Shown: positions 1 to 13,681, counted from the whole stretch's first letter. The stretch: 63,458 bases of DNA, filler included, from Octopus bimaculoides (GCF_001194135.2; 4 parts of 4 records of this genome joined end to end with filler, not necessarily neighbours in it); one strand, 5' to 3'. The notes: a model not told the origin generated them from the letters alone. Numbers and translations: made by a program.

Positions 1-1229
1 TATATATATATATTATAATAGTGATCAGTAGATGTAATTTTATATATAACTACGAAGGTACTGAGCACTTGTACTATTAGCTATATATACATATATATAT
101 ATATATCAACTTTAAATAGAGCTCAAAATTAATCCGTTGAAAATATATATATATATAGTAATGTTTATATGCCAACATAACTTGGCAGTCCTGTGAAGGA
201 CGATGTTACTGTTGTTTTAACCCCAGGAAAACATCTTTTCCAGCTGAATAACGACACGCAGTCTGAGTCTGTATAAAGCATCTACAAGGGAGGTGATTGC
301 TCCCATCTCTAGCCTTGCGTGATACTCACAGACCTAGGTTTCTGGATGTTATCCGTTCTCAGTGTGAGACAATCACCAGCTAGTGACGAAAGCTATCGCC
401 ACTCGCAAATACTATATATATATATATATATAGATAGATAGATAAATTGTAAATGTAAAAATAAAAACAAAAACACAAAGGATTCTGCGGTACACGTGTT
501 TCAAGCTTTATAGTTGTTACATCAGTGTATAATTGACAATGTGAAGCTGTCTTCAGCCGCAAATGTATTCTCTCCCAAGAATTATATCACATAGGCGTTA
601 AAGGAGGAAGAAAGATGAGATATAAGAGGTGAGGTTCCGTTTGGTATTTTGCATTGTACTATACCTCGTAGAATTCTCAATTTATGCATAATTTCCTCGG
701 TACTCCGGAATCCGTCCATACCTTGCCACTNNNNNNNNNNNNNNNNNNNNNNNNNNNNNNNNNNNNNNNNNNNNNNNNNNNNNNNNNNNNNNNNNNNNNN
801 NNNNNNNNNNNNNNNNNNNNNNNNNNNNNNNNNNNNNNNNNNNNNNNNNNNNNNNNNNNNNNNNNNNNNNNNNNNNNNNNNNNNNNNNNNNNNNNNNNNN
901 NNNNNNNNNNNNNNNNNNNNNNNNNNNNNNNNNNNNNNNNNNNNNNNNNNNNNNNNNNNNNNNNNNNNNNNNNNNNNNNNNNNNNNNNNNNNNNNNNNNN
1001 NNNNNNNNNNNNNNNNNNNNNNNNNNNNNNNNNNNNNNNNNNNNNNNNNNNNNNNNNNNNNNNNNNNNNNNNNNNNNNNNNNNNNNNNNNNNNNNNNNNN
1101 NNNNNNNNNNNNNNNNNNNNNNNNNNNNNNNNNNNNNNNNNNNNNNNNNNNNNNNNNNNNNNNNNNNNNNNNNNNNNNNNNNNNNNNNNNNNNNNNNNNN
1201 NNNNNNNNNNNNNNNNNNNNNNNNNNNNN

Positions 1230-1273
1230 GATAGATAGATGGATAGATGGATAGATAGATAGATGGATAGATG

Positions 1274-1339
<66 letters not shown>

Positions 1340-1361
1340 CAGATAGATAGATAGATAGATG

Positions 1362-1418
<57 letters not shown>

Positions 1419-1482
1419 ATACATACATACATACATACATACATACATACATACATACATACATGCATACATACATACATAT
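1230..1482. repeat. (GATA)n followed by (ATAC)n microsatellite
   Basis: Direct reading. Confidence 0.97.
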
Positions 1483-1616
1483 ATAGGTCTGCATTTTACA
1501 TTTGATCGTACTGCATTAACTTTGGATATCTTTGTTGCTTATTTTGATTTTAATCACCTTATTTTGGAATTGTATGTATAATACCATACTTAATTCTAGT
1601 GCCTATATATATAAAC

Positions 1617-1762
1617 GTCGGGCTTTTTTCAGTTTCCGTCTACCAAATCCACTCACAAGGCTTTGGTCAGCCCGAGGATTTAATAGGAGACCCTTATCCA
1701 AGGTGTCATGTAGTGGGGCTGAACCTGGAACCATGTGGTTCTTACCACACAGCAACGCCTGT
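1617..1762 (-). mobile_element. SINE family A, 5' half
   Basis: cagtttccgtctaccaaatccactcacaaggctttggtc..gaacctggaaccatgtgg. Confidence 0.8.
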
Positions 1763-1988
1763 TCCTATTCTAGAATGTTGTCGTGAAGATGGACGTATCT
1801 CGAGGAATTTCTCCCCGTATAGGTCTTCTGAGACATATCTTTAAAGGATTTATTTTCGGTTTCCCAAGCAGTAAGAATTTAAATGGAATTCACCAAAATA
1901 GAGAATTAATTTATATTGCAGTTTTTCGCTAATTAGGAGCTGTTTACTATCATTCTTCCTCTCCTTCTCCTCTTCCTCATTAGCCCTT

Positions 1989-2026
<38 letters not shown>

Positions 2027-2691
2027 CCTCTCTCTCTCCCCTCTCTCTCTNNNNNNNNNNNNNNNNNNNNNNNNNNNNNNNNNNNNNNNNNNNNNNNNNN
2101 NNNNNNNNNNNNNNNNNNNNNNNNNNNNNNNNNNNNNNNNNNNNNNNNNNNNNNNNNNNNNNNNNNNNNNNNNNNNNNNNNNNNNNNNNNNNNNNNNNNN
2201 NNNNNNNNNNNNNNNNNNNNNNNNNNNNNNNNNNNNNNNNNNNNNNNNNNNNNNNNNNNNNNNNNNNNNNNNNNNNNNNNNNNNNNNNNNNNNNNNNNNN
2301 NNNNNNNNNNNNNNNNNNNNNNNNNNNNNNNNNNNNNNNNNNNNNNNNNNNNNNNNNNNNNNNNNNNNNNNNNNNNNNNNNNNNNNNNNNNNNNNNNNNN
2401 NNNNNNNNNNNNNNNNNNNNNNNNNNNNNNNNNNNNNNNNNNNNNNNNNNNNNNNNNNNNNNNNNNNNNNNNNNNNNNNNNNNNNNNNNNNNNNNNNNNN
2501 NNNNNNNNNNNNNNNNNNNNNNNNNNNNNNNNNNNNNNNNNNNNNNNNNNNNNNNNNNNNNNNNNNNNNNNNNNNNNNNNNNNNNNNNNNNNNNNNNNNN
2601 NNNNNNNNNNNNNNNNNNNNNNNNNNNNNNNNNNNNNNNNNNNNNNNNNNNNNNNNNNNNNNNNNNNNNNNNNNNNNNNNNNNNNNNNNNN

Positions 2692-2749
<58 letters not shown>

Positions 2750-3123
2750 TCTGTCTATACATGTGTGTGTATGTGTGTATGCATATGTATGTACACATTT
2801 CTATTTATGCATGCATGTATGTACGGATGCATGTATGTATGTATGTATTTATGTATGTACGGATGCATGTATGTATGTATGTATGTATGTATGTATGTAT
2901 GTACGTATGCAGACCTACATCTTCGTACGTAAGTATATATGTAAGTCCATATGTACTATGCATGTACGTATGTATACATGTGTGCAACCTAACATGGAGA
3001 CAAGCATGTATATATACGTACGTACATACGTATGTAACCTTGCATACGCATACACACACACATATATATGTACATACACACACGTGCATATATATATGTG
3101 AGTGAATGTCTGTCTGTACCAGC

Positions 3124-3202
<79 letters not shown>

Positions 3203-3997
3203 TTGAATTAGTGGGAAAAGAAATAAATATTTCAGGGAGTTTTATTGAAATATTATTTCAAGCCTCACTTACCAAATTTTATTTGAATTGGTTCTCTCCG
3301 ATAAATTGCTGCATATCTCTAATCACACTTACACACACTTATATATATATNNNNNNNNNNNNNNNNNNNNNNNNNNNNNNNNNNNNNNNNNNNNNNNNNN
3401 NNNNNNNNNNNNNNNNNNNNNNNNNNNNNNNNNNNNNNNNNNNNNNNNNNNNNNNNNNNNNNNNNNNNNNNNNNNNNNNNNNNNNNNNNNNNNNNNNNNN
3501 NNNNNNNNNNNNNNNNNNNNNNNNNNNNNNNNNNNNNNNNNNNNNNNNNNNNNNNNNNNNNNNNNNNNNNNNNNNNNNNNNNNNNNNNNNNNNNNNNNNN
3601 NNNNNNNNNNNNNNNNNNNNNNNNNNNNNNNNNNNNNNNNNNNNNNNNNNNNNNNNNNNNNNNNNNNNNNNNNNNNNNNNNNNNNNNNNNNNNNNNNNNN
3701 NNNNNNNNNNNNNNNNNNNNNNNNNNNNNNNNNNNNNNNNNNNNNNNNNNNNNNNNNNNNNNNNNNNNNNNNNNNNNNNNNNNNNNNNNNNNNNNNNNNN
3801 NNNNNNNNNNNNNNNNNNNNNNNNNNNNNNNNNNNNNNNNNNNNNNNNNNNNNNNNNNNNNNNNNNNNNNNNNNNNNNNNNNNNNNNNNNNNNNNNNNNN
3901 NNNNNNNNNNNNNNNNNNNNNNNNNNNNNNNNNNNNNNNNNNNNNNNNNNNNNNNNNNNNNNNNNNNNNNNNNNNNNNNNNNNNNNNNNNNNNNNNN

Positions 3998-4033
<36 letters not shown>

Positions 4034-4500
4034 TAAAGATTGGAAACAAAATTATTTTCGTAATGTCTCTGCAGTGGAAAGTGCTAAATGTGAAAGTGTA
4101 TATCATGGGGCGGGGGAGCGTACCATGTGACAGTGGCACTCTAATCGAATGTAGACTCGAAGTAGGCACCTATTGTTTGTTTATTTACCGGGAAGATTTG
4201 ATATACAACACTTTGTAATACAAGATATGTAACTACATATTTTCAAACATACAAACACGTTATATTTTAGATTTCGTATAATTTTTCTGTAATTGTGTGT
4301 TAATGTTTTGGACAGAAAATCCTTATAACACTCACAACCAGAGTGTTCCTAAATTATGATCTATATTGTTGTCTCCAACTTTCTCATTGCAGGAATAATC
4401 CACGAAGAATGATGTGTAATTGCTTGTAGGTCTTCACTCTATCCACGGAGAATATTCTGGAAAAACATCCGACAGCGGAAGTCTGGCGGTCTCTATTCCT

Positions 4501-4736
4501 TTACACAACTAGCGACACAGTCTTTGTCATTACATCTACTCTGCAGAACAAGTAGAACAGCTTTCGTCGCCACACCCTCACTGCACAGCCAAGGAAACTG
4601 CCTTATCATCACATCTTTGCTACACAACCAAAGAACCAATTTTGTCATCATATCTTCGCTACATGACCATTGAAACATCATTGTCATCACATTCTCGCTA
4701 CACAACCAAGAACATAGTCTTGTTATCATTCTCATG
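4501..4736. repeat. Degenerate 39-40-bp minisatellite, six units
   Basis: Units start at 4501, 4541, 4581, 4620, 4659 and 4698 (ctacacaacc..ttgtcatcac..). Confidence 0.75.
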
Positions 4737-4857
4737 CTACACAAGAATATTACAGAATTAATGTTCTCGAGTATTCTAATTATATGAAGTCTCACAGTCT
4801 CCGACTATCTCTCATAAGTAACCTTATTTTTTCCGACCACCTTTTCTCATTCGTTTA

Positions 4858-4895
4858 TTTTTCTGATGAAAGACTTACGTCCGAAACGTCATGAC
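4858..4895 (+). ncRNA. Minimal (Penelope-type) hammerhead ribozyme motif
   Basis: CUGAUGA A AGAC UUAC GUCC GAAAC GUC. Core intact and palindromic ACGU present; stem II has one A-C mismatch and stem I is weak. Confidence 0.55.
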
Positions 4896-5112
4896 CCTTT
4901 CTTTTTTTTTAAGTGTTAAACTAATGCAACATTTGTTGAAACTCGTCCCCCTTCCCCATGTTGTCTTCTTTTTCTCATTTTCTTTTTTGTTCATTGATTA
5001 ATGCATACATAGACAGGTAGACCGATATAGGGCAGATGTTCAGAATGGATTTAATCTCCGAGCAGCTGATGACCTTAAACACCCAAATAGACTCATTTTG
5101 GTTTTGTATTCA

Positions 5113-5181
5113 AATATCTCCGATAGTATTTCGTTCATAGAAACATACAGGCCACTTTAATGTGGCCTGTATGTAAGGATT
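5113..5181 (+). ncRNA. Relic type I hammerhead with a perfect 13-bp stem III
   Basis: GAAAC opens a perfect 13-bp hairpin that closes exactly on GUA. Stem I AAU(A)UCU/AGGAUU; the core has three lesions. Confidence 0.5.
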
Positions 5182-6435
5182 CATACATCTGCCGCTACAA
5201 CCCCTTGTTTCACAGATGCTCTGTTTGTTTCTTTGTTTTTATTTTCTCTTCTTTTATTTTTTATTCCCCTGGTCTTTTCTACAGCAACTAAAACAGACTA
5301 AGATTCTTTAAAGCCATAAACTTCCTCATCATTCGGTCGGGTGTCTTGCCTGGACTAATACAATTCTTCCACGCTGGGTCGAGCGATACAGCATGAATAT
5401 CTGACCTGGATTCTGGTTACATTTTGTCTTTCAATTGCTCAAATATCTCATCTGCACACACCACGATTGCAGATGATAGCAGCAGTTCGCAAACTGAACT
5501 GGTTGATCCCTGCGTTGAAGTTTGTTGTCTCTCAATCCGCTCAGTATCCGGTTGATATTCACCATTGATCAAGTTAGTTCATTTGCCAAAATAAGACCCA
5601 CCCATCGTGCTGTACCCATGATTTCAACCTACTTGGCCCGAGTGGTTACATGTTATTCAACTCATAGCTGGGGCCCTGACAAGTCCTACTGCTCAAGGTC
5701 AGGATGAACCTAGGAACAACAGAAGCTTAGAGCTACATAAAACCTTGGAACTCTCAAACCGGGTCCCCACACCATTAAGGGGTGCGGTTTGAAGTCACAC
5801 TCGTCCCCAATAAGACCCATTCCATTAAGTAGTCCTTCTCTTCTTCCGTGTTATCCTTCAGGCGCCGCCCTACATACATCGTCCTGTTGTTTCTCGTCCT
5901 CAGACTCTGTCTGCAATGAAATTACACCCTTGCCTACACTGTTCTCGCTGTTTCGCCCTAGGCCAATTCCGACCAAGCAGACCTATAATCAAATGACGTT
6001 CCAGACGAGACCATCATGCAAGTGAACTCATAACCATATCATACAACCTGTCCAATTCGACTTTTTTTTTCTGCTAAACCGCAGAATATAAATCAGTGGG
6101 GATTTGGTTACTATTTCTAGCATTTTGAGCCATATCATCGACGTACCCTTTTTAAACGTTCCATCAACACGTCAACTGAACGTTAACTGCCTCAATCTGG
6201 CACAACTTATGTGAAAACTTGATGGGCGCTGTCCCTCCATTTCTCACTCACTAACAGTAAAAATAACAGAATTCCTCACAGCAAGTGTATATTATTTTAT
6301 GCTTGTTTATTTATCTTATTTTATTTATTTATTTACTTATTTATTTATTCTGTATAGATGATGTATAAATGTAATTACATACACGTGTAAAAATATGCAA
6401 TTACATAATTGTATTACACTAATTACAAACATGAC

Positions 6436-6476
<41 letters not shown>

Positions 6477-6721
6477 GTAATAATAATAATAATAATTAGA
6501 AGAGAAACATATAATGATATTTTACTTGTGTAAACGTATATATGTGTGCGTTTGTGTGTAGGGGGCGTTGTTTGGGTGAGAGTGTGTGTACATGTGTTTG
6601 TGTGTGTGTGTGTGTATGCGTATTAGATTTCGGTTATTTGCATTTGTCTATGTAACAGTGGTTGTCTCTCACCTCACACAATCACCTCCTCTTCCTGTAC
6701 TTACATGTGTGTCTACATATG

Positions 6722-6798
<77 letters not shown>

Positions 6799-7503
6799 NN
6801 NNNNNNNNNNNNNNNNNNNNNNNNNNNNNNNNNNNNNNNNNNNNNNNNNNNNNNNNNNNNNNNNNNNNNNNNNNNNNNNNNNNNNNNNNNNNNNNNNNNN
6901 NNNNNNNNNNNNNNNNNNNNNNNNNNNNNNNNNNNNNNNNNNNNNNNNNNNNNNNNNNNNNNNNNNNNNNNNNNNNNNNNNNNNNNNNNNNNNNNNNNNN
7001 NNNNNNNNNNNNNNNNNNNNNNNNNNNNNNNNNNNNNNNNNNNNNNNNNNNNNNNNNNNNNNNNNNNNNNNNNNNNNNNNNNNNNNNNNNNNNNNNNNNN
7101 NNNNNNNNNNNNNNNNNNNNNNNNNNNNNNNNNNNNNNNNNNNNNNNNNNNNNNNNNNNNNNNNNNNNNNNNNNNNNNNNNNNNNNNNNNNNNNNNNNNN
7201 NNNNNNNNNNNNNNNNNNNNNNNNNNNNNNNNNNNNNNNNNNNNNNNNNNNNNNNNNNNNNNNNNNNNNNNNNNNNNNNNNNNNNNNNNNNNNNNNNNNN
7301 NNNNNNNNNNNNNNNNNNNNNNNNNNNNNNNNNNNNNNNNNNNNNNNNNNNNNNNNNNNNNNNNNNNNNNNNNNNNNNNNNNNNNNNNNNNNNNNNNNNN
7401 NNNNNNNNNNNNNNNNNNNNNNNNNNNNNNNNNNNNNNNNNNNNNNNNNNNNNNNNNNNNNNNNNNNNNNNNNNNNNNNNNNNNNNNNNNNNNNNNNNNN
7501 NNN

Positions 7504-7554
<51 letters not shown>

Positions 7555-7865
7555 TGTGTGTGTGTGTGTTGTGTGTGTGTGTCTTAATTCACTCCTATAT
7601 AAACCGTGTCGGTGTTTCGCAAAACAAAAGCTCGGTGAAAAAAACCTTCCATCATCGAACAACAATCTAAACAACAACAACAACAACAGCAGCAGCAATG
7701 TCATCATCATCATCATCATCATCATCATCGTCAGCTGCATCAGAAGCAGCAGCAGCAGCAGCAACATGAACAATATAGAGAAGAACAAGAATAAAACAAG
7801 AGGGAAAAAGCTTTGATGAAAGGTGTGAGGCAATGATTTCCATGTCACGGCTTTTACAGTCTGGC

Positions 7866-8529
7866 AGAGTGGGGAAGGGAGGGAGGGAGAGAAATAAAGA
7901 TAGAGAGATAGTGGGAGAGAGAGAGGAAGGGAGAGAGTGGGAGAGAGGGGAGAGAAAGGCAGGGAGAGAGAGAGGGAGATAGACAGAGGGCGAAAGAGGC
8001 AAAGAGAGAGGCAGGGAGAGATATGGACAGAGAGATAGAGGGAGAAAAAGTAAGAGGAGCGAGAAAGAGAGAGGGAACGATTATGGGTGTGGGAGAGAGT
8101 GAGAGATATAGCGGGAAAGAGAGAGGCAAAGCGAGAGAGAGGCAGAGCAAAATATGGAGAGAGAGATAGAGGGAGAGAAAAGGGAGAGAGAGAAAAGGGT
8201 GAGAGAGAAAAAGGGAGAGAGAAGCAGGGAGGAAGAAGTAACTGAGTGTGAGGAAAGATAGAGACATGATAGAGAGAGAGAGAGAAGGAGAGAGAGAAGG
8301 AGAGAGAAAAGGAGAGAGAGAAACTATGGGTAAGAAATACAACTGTGTGTGTGTGTGTGTGTGTGTGTCTAAAGAGAGAGAAAGAGAGAGATGGAGGGAA
8401 TAAGAGAAAGCGGGTAGCGAGAAAGAGAGAGCGAGACTATGTGTGAGTAATAGTCAGAGAGAGAAGACAGAAACAGAGAAAGAGGGAAGAAGAGAGAGGG
8501 AGAGGCGGGAGAGAGAGAGAGGCGGGAGA

Positions 8530-8530
<1 letters not shown>
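7866..8530. repeat. Cryptic purine-rich (GA) tract
   Basis: About 660 bp, strongly A/G-biased on the + strand. Confidence 0.9.
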
Positions 8531-8573
<43 letters not shown>

Positions 8574-10447
8574 NNNNNNNNNNNNNNNNNNNNNNNNNNN
8601 NNNNNNNNNNNNNNNNNNNNNNNNNNNNNNNNNNNNNNNNNNNNNNNNNNNNNNNNNNNNNNNNNNNNNNNNNNNNNNNNNNNNNNNNNNNNNNNNNNNN
8701 NNNNNNNNNNNNNNNNNNNNNNNNNNNNNNNNNNNNNNNNNNNNNNNNNNNNNNNNNNNNNNNNNNNNNNNNNNNNNNNNNNNNNNNNNNNNNNNNNNNN
8801 NNNNNNNNNNNNNNNNNNNNNNNNNNNNNNNNNNNNNNNNNNNNNNNNNNNNNNNNNNNNNNNNNNNNNNNNNNNNNNNNNNNNNNNNNNNNNNNNNNNN
8901 TTGCTCAACCATCATCACCATCATCACCACCACCACCACCATCGCCGTCATCAACACGACAATAAATTACTAGCGCCAGAAACAAGAGCCTAAATGTGGT
9001 CGCTCACATTGCTAGAAATACCAACCAAATGACCCTCACAGATCTCTTACGGAAAGGACACTTTGGATTTACAAGTTCCCGAGTTCAATGCGCATGGGAA
9101 AAAGGTAGCGGCGGCGGCGGCGGTGCTGCTGGCGGTGGCGGTGGTGGAGGTGGTGGTGGTGCTGCTGCTGCTGCTGGTGTGGTTTGAGGTTAGGATCTTG
9201 CTCTCGAACATACGCTTATGATATACATAAGAGAGAGGTGAGGAGAGAAAGAGAGAGAGGAGTAGAGAAAGGAAGAGAGAGCGTGTGTTTGTATATACAT
9301 ACAGGTATGTATGCGGTGGTATTGGTGCGGTGTATGTACATATGAATATATGTAAGATAGTTATATATTGTGATTATTTATTTTTAGAAAGGCATTGTAG
9401 GGTAGGTGTGAGAGGCCAGATCTGGACATTTTGAAGAACATTTTGGCCGAATATGGTTTGTTTAAATGCTAAAAGGTTTAAAGCAGCGAACTGTTAGAAT
9501 CGTTGGCAACGCCGGACAAAATGGTTCGCAACATTTTGCAATGTCTGCAAGGGAACATGGCGGCTGTGAATTTCAGAGGCCTGCAGCTGAAGAAAAGAGG
9601 AATTGGGCGATGGATGCAGTGTGGGCGCTACCAAGTAAGACAGTAGGGGTGGCCAGGAGAGGAACGGGACGGCCATATAAAGTCGGCTGAAAGTGAGATG
9701 CTGAGAACTATTCAATTTGTAATTTGTATTTAGTTTTATTTCACGATGGTAGATTCTATTTTTAGAGACTTTAAATATGAGGATGGACAGAGCCCAAGAG
9801 ATTACCGGGTCAAGCAGAACTAATGAGAATAATGAAGCTGTCGGGCAATGTCTGCAAGAGAATATGGCGGCGGTGAACTTCGGAGGTCTGTAAGTTCAAA
9901 GGAAGCGGTATTGGGTGAAGGATGCAATACGAGTCCAGCCAGATAAGATAGAGATGGTGGCGAGGATGAGGAAAAACTGGTTGATCAGGTGGGCCCAGGT
10001 AGAAGATATATGCATCCAGTTAGTTCAAAAGCCATTGTAGTATCGAAAGGTCAGGAAGGTGTGTCTGTGAGTTATTGATTGACATGTGCTGCTAATTGAA
10101 CGTCTGCCAATCATTAAAATGGTCTTGTCTTGGATGCAGCCGATGGTGTGTTTCATTAGAATGCGTGGAAAGGCTTTGGTATTAGCGAAATCTTAATAAA
10201 AGACGATGTATACGAGAGTGTGATGTGCATCTGTAAAGCAAGCATCGTCCTATAAAAGTGGACAGCTCCGCAATACGTGTGTGGGCTTTTGAGATTCACG
10301 CAACCTCAGTGAAATACTCCGGGTTTCACATGAGATTCGGAGTAACCGTTGTTAAAGTGTGTCTATGTCTGAGGGAAAACTATTCGATGGCTACAAGCTT
10401 TCTCACTTGTTTTGCTTCGTTCCTAAGTTTTGTTCGAAATTTGACTG

Positions 10448-10495
<48 letters not shown>

Positions 10496-10585
10496 ATGAG
10501 AAAGAGGGGTGAGAGAGAGAGAGAGAACAAATAGTGAGGGATTATCAATCCGGCCAAAATACTTTATTATTTCTAACTTGTCTCT

Positions 10586-10616
<31 letters not shown>

Positions 10617-12997
10617 TTATATATATATACAGGTGGGGGGGGGGTAAGAAGAAAAATAAGCGAAAATGCAAATTGGAAATCAAAAAAGTAAAGGCTTTTT
10701 ATGAAAAGTAACGATAGATATATACAATTAGATGAACTGAGGTAGGAATAAAAGTAATAAAAGTCATTATTGTAAATTGTTAAAGAGATTCAAAAGCATA
10801 CCAGTTTCGTAATGTTACTAATCATAATTTCATTTGGGTATTAAGCCTGCGTCCACGGTGCTGGCTATCAGATAGATGGTAAGCCAAAGATTGTTTGTTA
10901 TATCAAACGCATACCCAAGAATCCACACAAGTCTGCAGAGTTTCTACAATTAAAATCAAGGAGAATGGAGTAAGTCCTTTTATTTCATTGATTTACAATT
11001 GTTTCATCGAAAATCGATCTCGTGAACTTTGTTATATTATGTATGCAACCATTGATACATGGGGTGTTATAGACACGAGATCGAAGATCGATTCTTCAGA
11101 ACCATGCGTACGGTTATTTGCTGTGCAAATTTAAATTAACGATAACTTATATGTATATCGGGTCATCACAAGCCAGACGAGAAAGAAGAAGCTGCGGTTT
11201 GAATTGACTGGCCAAGAAAAAAAAATTATTCGAATAAAGAAAAGAAAGAATAAGAACATAAAAGAAATGTCGTCAACGTTGTCGTCGACTGTCCGTCGTA
11301 GGTCGACGTTGACTCTTCTGTACAGGACATCGCCACAGGGCTACCGGCTTCTCTGAACAAACATTGGACGGTGTGTAAGGCAGTTGGCGTCGTATCCCAA
11401 CCCAATCGCCTCTCCGGACCTCCATCCCAAATATCAGGCGATGGACAAGAGTGCAACGAGTATGGTTGGCGATGGGGCTGCCCTGCGCTACCAAGTTCAC
11501 GTACAACCGTTGTCTGCTGGTATAGCTCTTCCGTCTAGGTCTCCTCCGCCTCGTCGGTTATCCGACGTCCTGCCGCCTACGTTTTCACCGCATCCCTGGC
11601 ACGGGAGGCCACGAGGTTGCTAGCACTTGCCCAAGATGCCTCTCCAGTCTACGAAAAGAAGGAGTGAGTTACTTTCCTTTTTATGATCAACCACCGATGT
11701 GGGTGCCGTACCGTGTCATACTTAAGTATATGCATACACACATACATAGACACATAGATTCAGATATACATACATAGAAACATACACACATACACACATA
11801 CACACATAACTGCATACATGCATGCAGGTATACATACATACAAGCATTTCAGAAAAAGAAACCAACCAGTAAATACGCACATTACAAATAGAATCAGTAA
11901 GCGGAACAGTAAAGATATGCAAGACTTTTCTCAATTTTAAAATGTGAATTTTTTTTTTTTTTTTTTTTCTGTTATTCACATTCCAACGATAGAGCTTTCT
12001 ATCGTTGTTAGAAACCAGATTCTTCCTTACCGGAAGATCTCAAACAGTTAAAAATAGAGGAGAACACACATACATTCATTCATACATGCACACATAAATA
12101 TACATATACACATCACACATACATACATGCATAAACACACACACACACACATACATACATACATACATACATACATACATACATACATACTCTTACAGAA
12201 AGATCTGAACAAGTTAAAAATAGAAGGGAACACACAGAATAATTCAAACATGCGTACGTATACATACACTCACACATACATACATTCATACTTACATACA
12301 TACATACATAAACACATATGTACATACACACATAGATACACATACATAATCAATGCATACATAATGCATACACTCATGTCACATTCATAAAACGACTTGC
12401 TTCACGTCTCTCATTACTAGATTTTAATTTAACGACTCAATGTATTTACTAATCCGCCATATTGAATCGATCTTCCCCACCACCACCACCACCATCATCA
12501 TCACCGTTATAACGACTCTCTGCTTCCTTCCCTCCTTTTCATTCATCCTTACTCCATTTTTTCTTTTCTCTCTCTGTCTCTCTATCCGTCTTCTTCCCGT
12601 TTTGTTTTTGTTTAATTCCTGCCTACTACTCGCCTCTGTCTAACAAATCTACATTGCTGTAAAACACATCTCTAAGTGATAATCTACATTGGAGCAATGA
12701 TGTAGATAGGCTCAGCAGCATCGAAATGATTAGGAGCGAAAGCAGAGTATGTTTGTTGTAGAAATGAAGAGGGGAAATTCATGTTGTGTTCCACATCGAT
12801 GCATATGCCCTGACCCAAATCAATAAACACGTCAAAAGACGCCGAATACTGTGGGTGTATGTATGTGTGTGTGTGTGTGGAGGGACGTACGTACATACAT
12901 ATATGAGTACATGCGTGTATAATACATATATGTATACGTGTGGGACGTGTTGGGGGTGTATGTATGTATATATGTATATATATGTATATGTATGGTA

Positions 12998-13051
<54 letters not shown>

Positions 13052-13253
13052 ATTTATACGCAAACATGCCATTCTGCTCCTATCGGCATGCATATACATA
13101 CATACATACGTAGATACATACATCTATGTACGTACGTATGTATGTATGTACGTATGTATGTGTGCGTGTATGTATATGTGTGCGTGTGTATATATCTATA
13201 AATATATAATATATATATGTTTGTATGCACGTATGTATGTGTGTTTCTATGTA

Positions 13254-13285
<32 letters not shown>

Positions 13286-13357
13286 TGTTCATACGTATTA
13301 GAGTATGTATACTCCCATATGTACAAATGTGCATATGTATATGTATGTGTATGTATG

Positions 13358-13410
<53 letters not shown>

Positions 13411-13618
13411 NNNNNNNNNNNNNNNNNNNNNNNNNNNNNNNNNNNNNNNNNNNNNNNNNNNNNNNNNNNNNNNNNNNNNNNNNNNNNNNNNNNNNNNNNN
13501 NNNNNNNNNNNNNNNNNNNNNNNNNNNNNNNNNNNNNNNNNNNNNNNNNNNNNNNNNNNNNNNNNNNNNNNNNNNNNNNNNNNNNNNNNNNNNNNNNNNN
13601 NNNNNNNNNNNNNNNNNN

Positions 13619-13681
<63 letters not shown>

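Noticed and set aside
485-530. Minus-strand CUGAUGU AAC..GCUU GAAAC ACGUGUA hammerhead-like string
   Set aside because: A9 is mutated, stem II is poor and there is no NUH in register; too degenerate to call, though it may be another Penelope relic.
12684-12860. Protein-like minus-strand stretch (SFDVFIDLGQGICIDVEHNMNF..)
   Set aside because: Weak splice signals, no recognisable homology, and the ORF start lies in a microsatellite.
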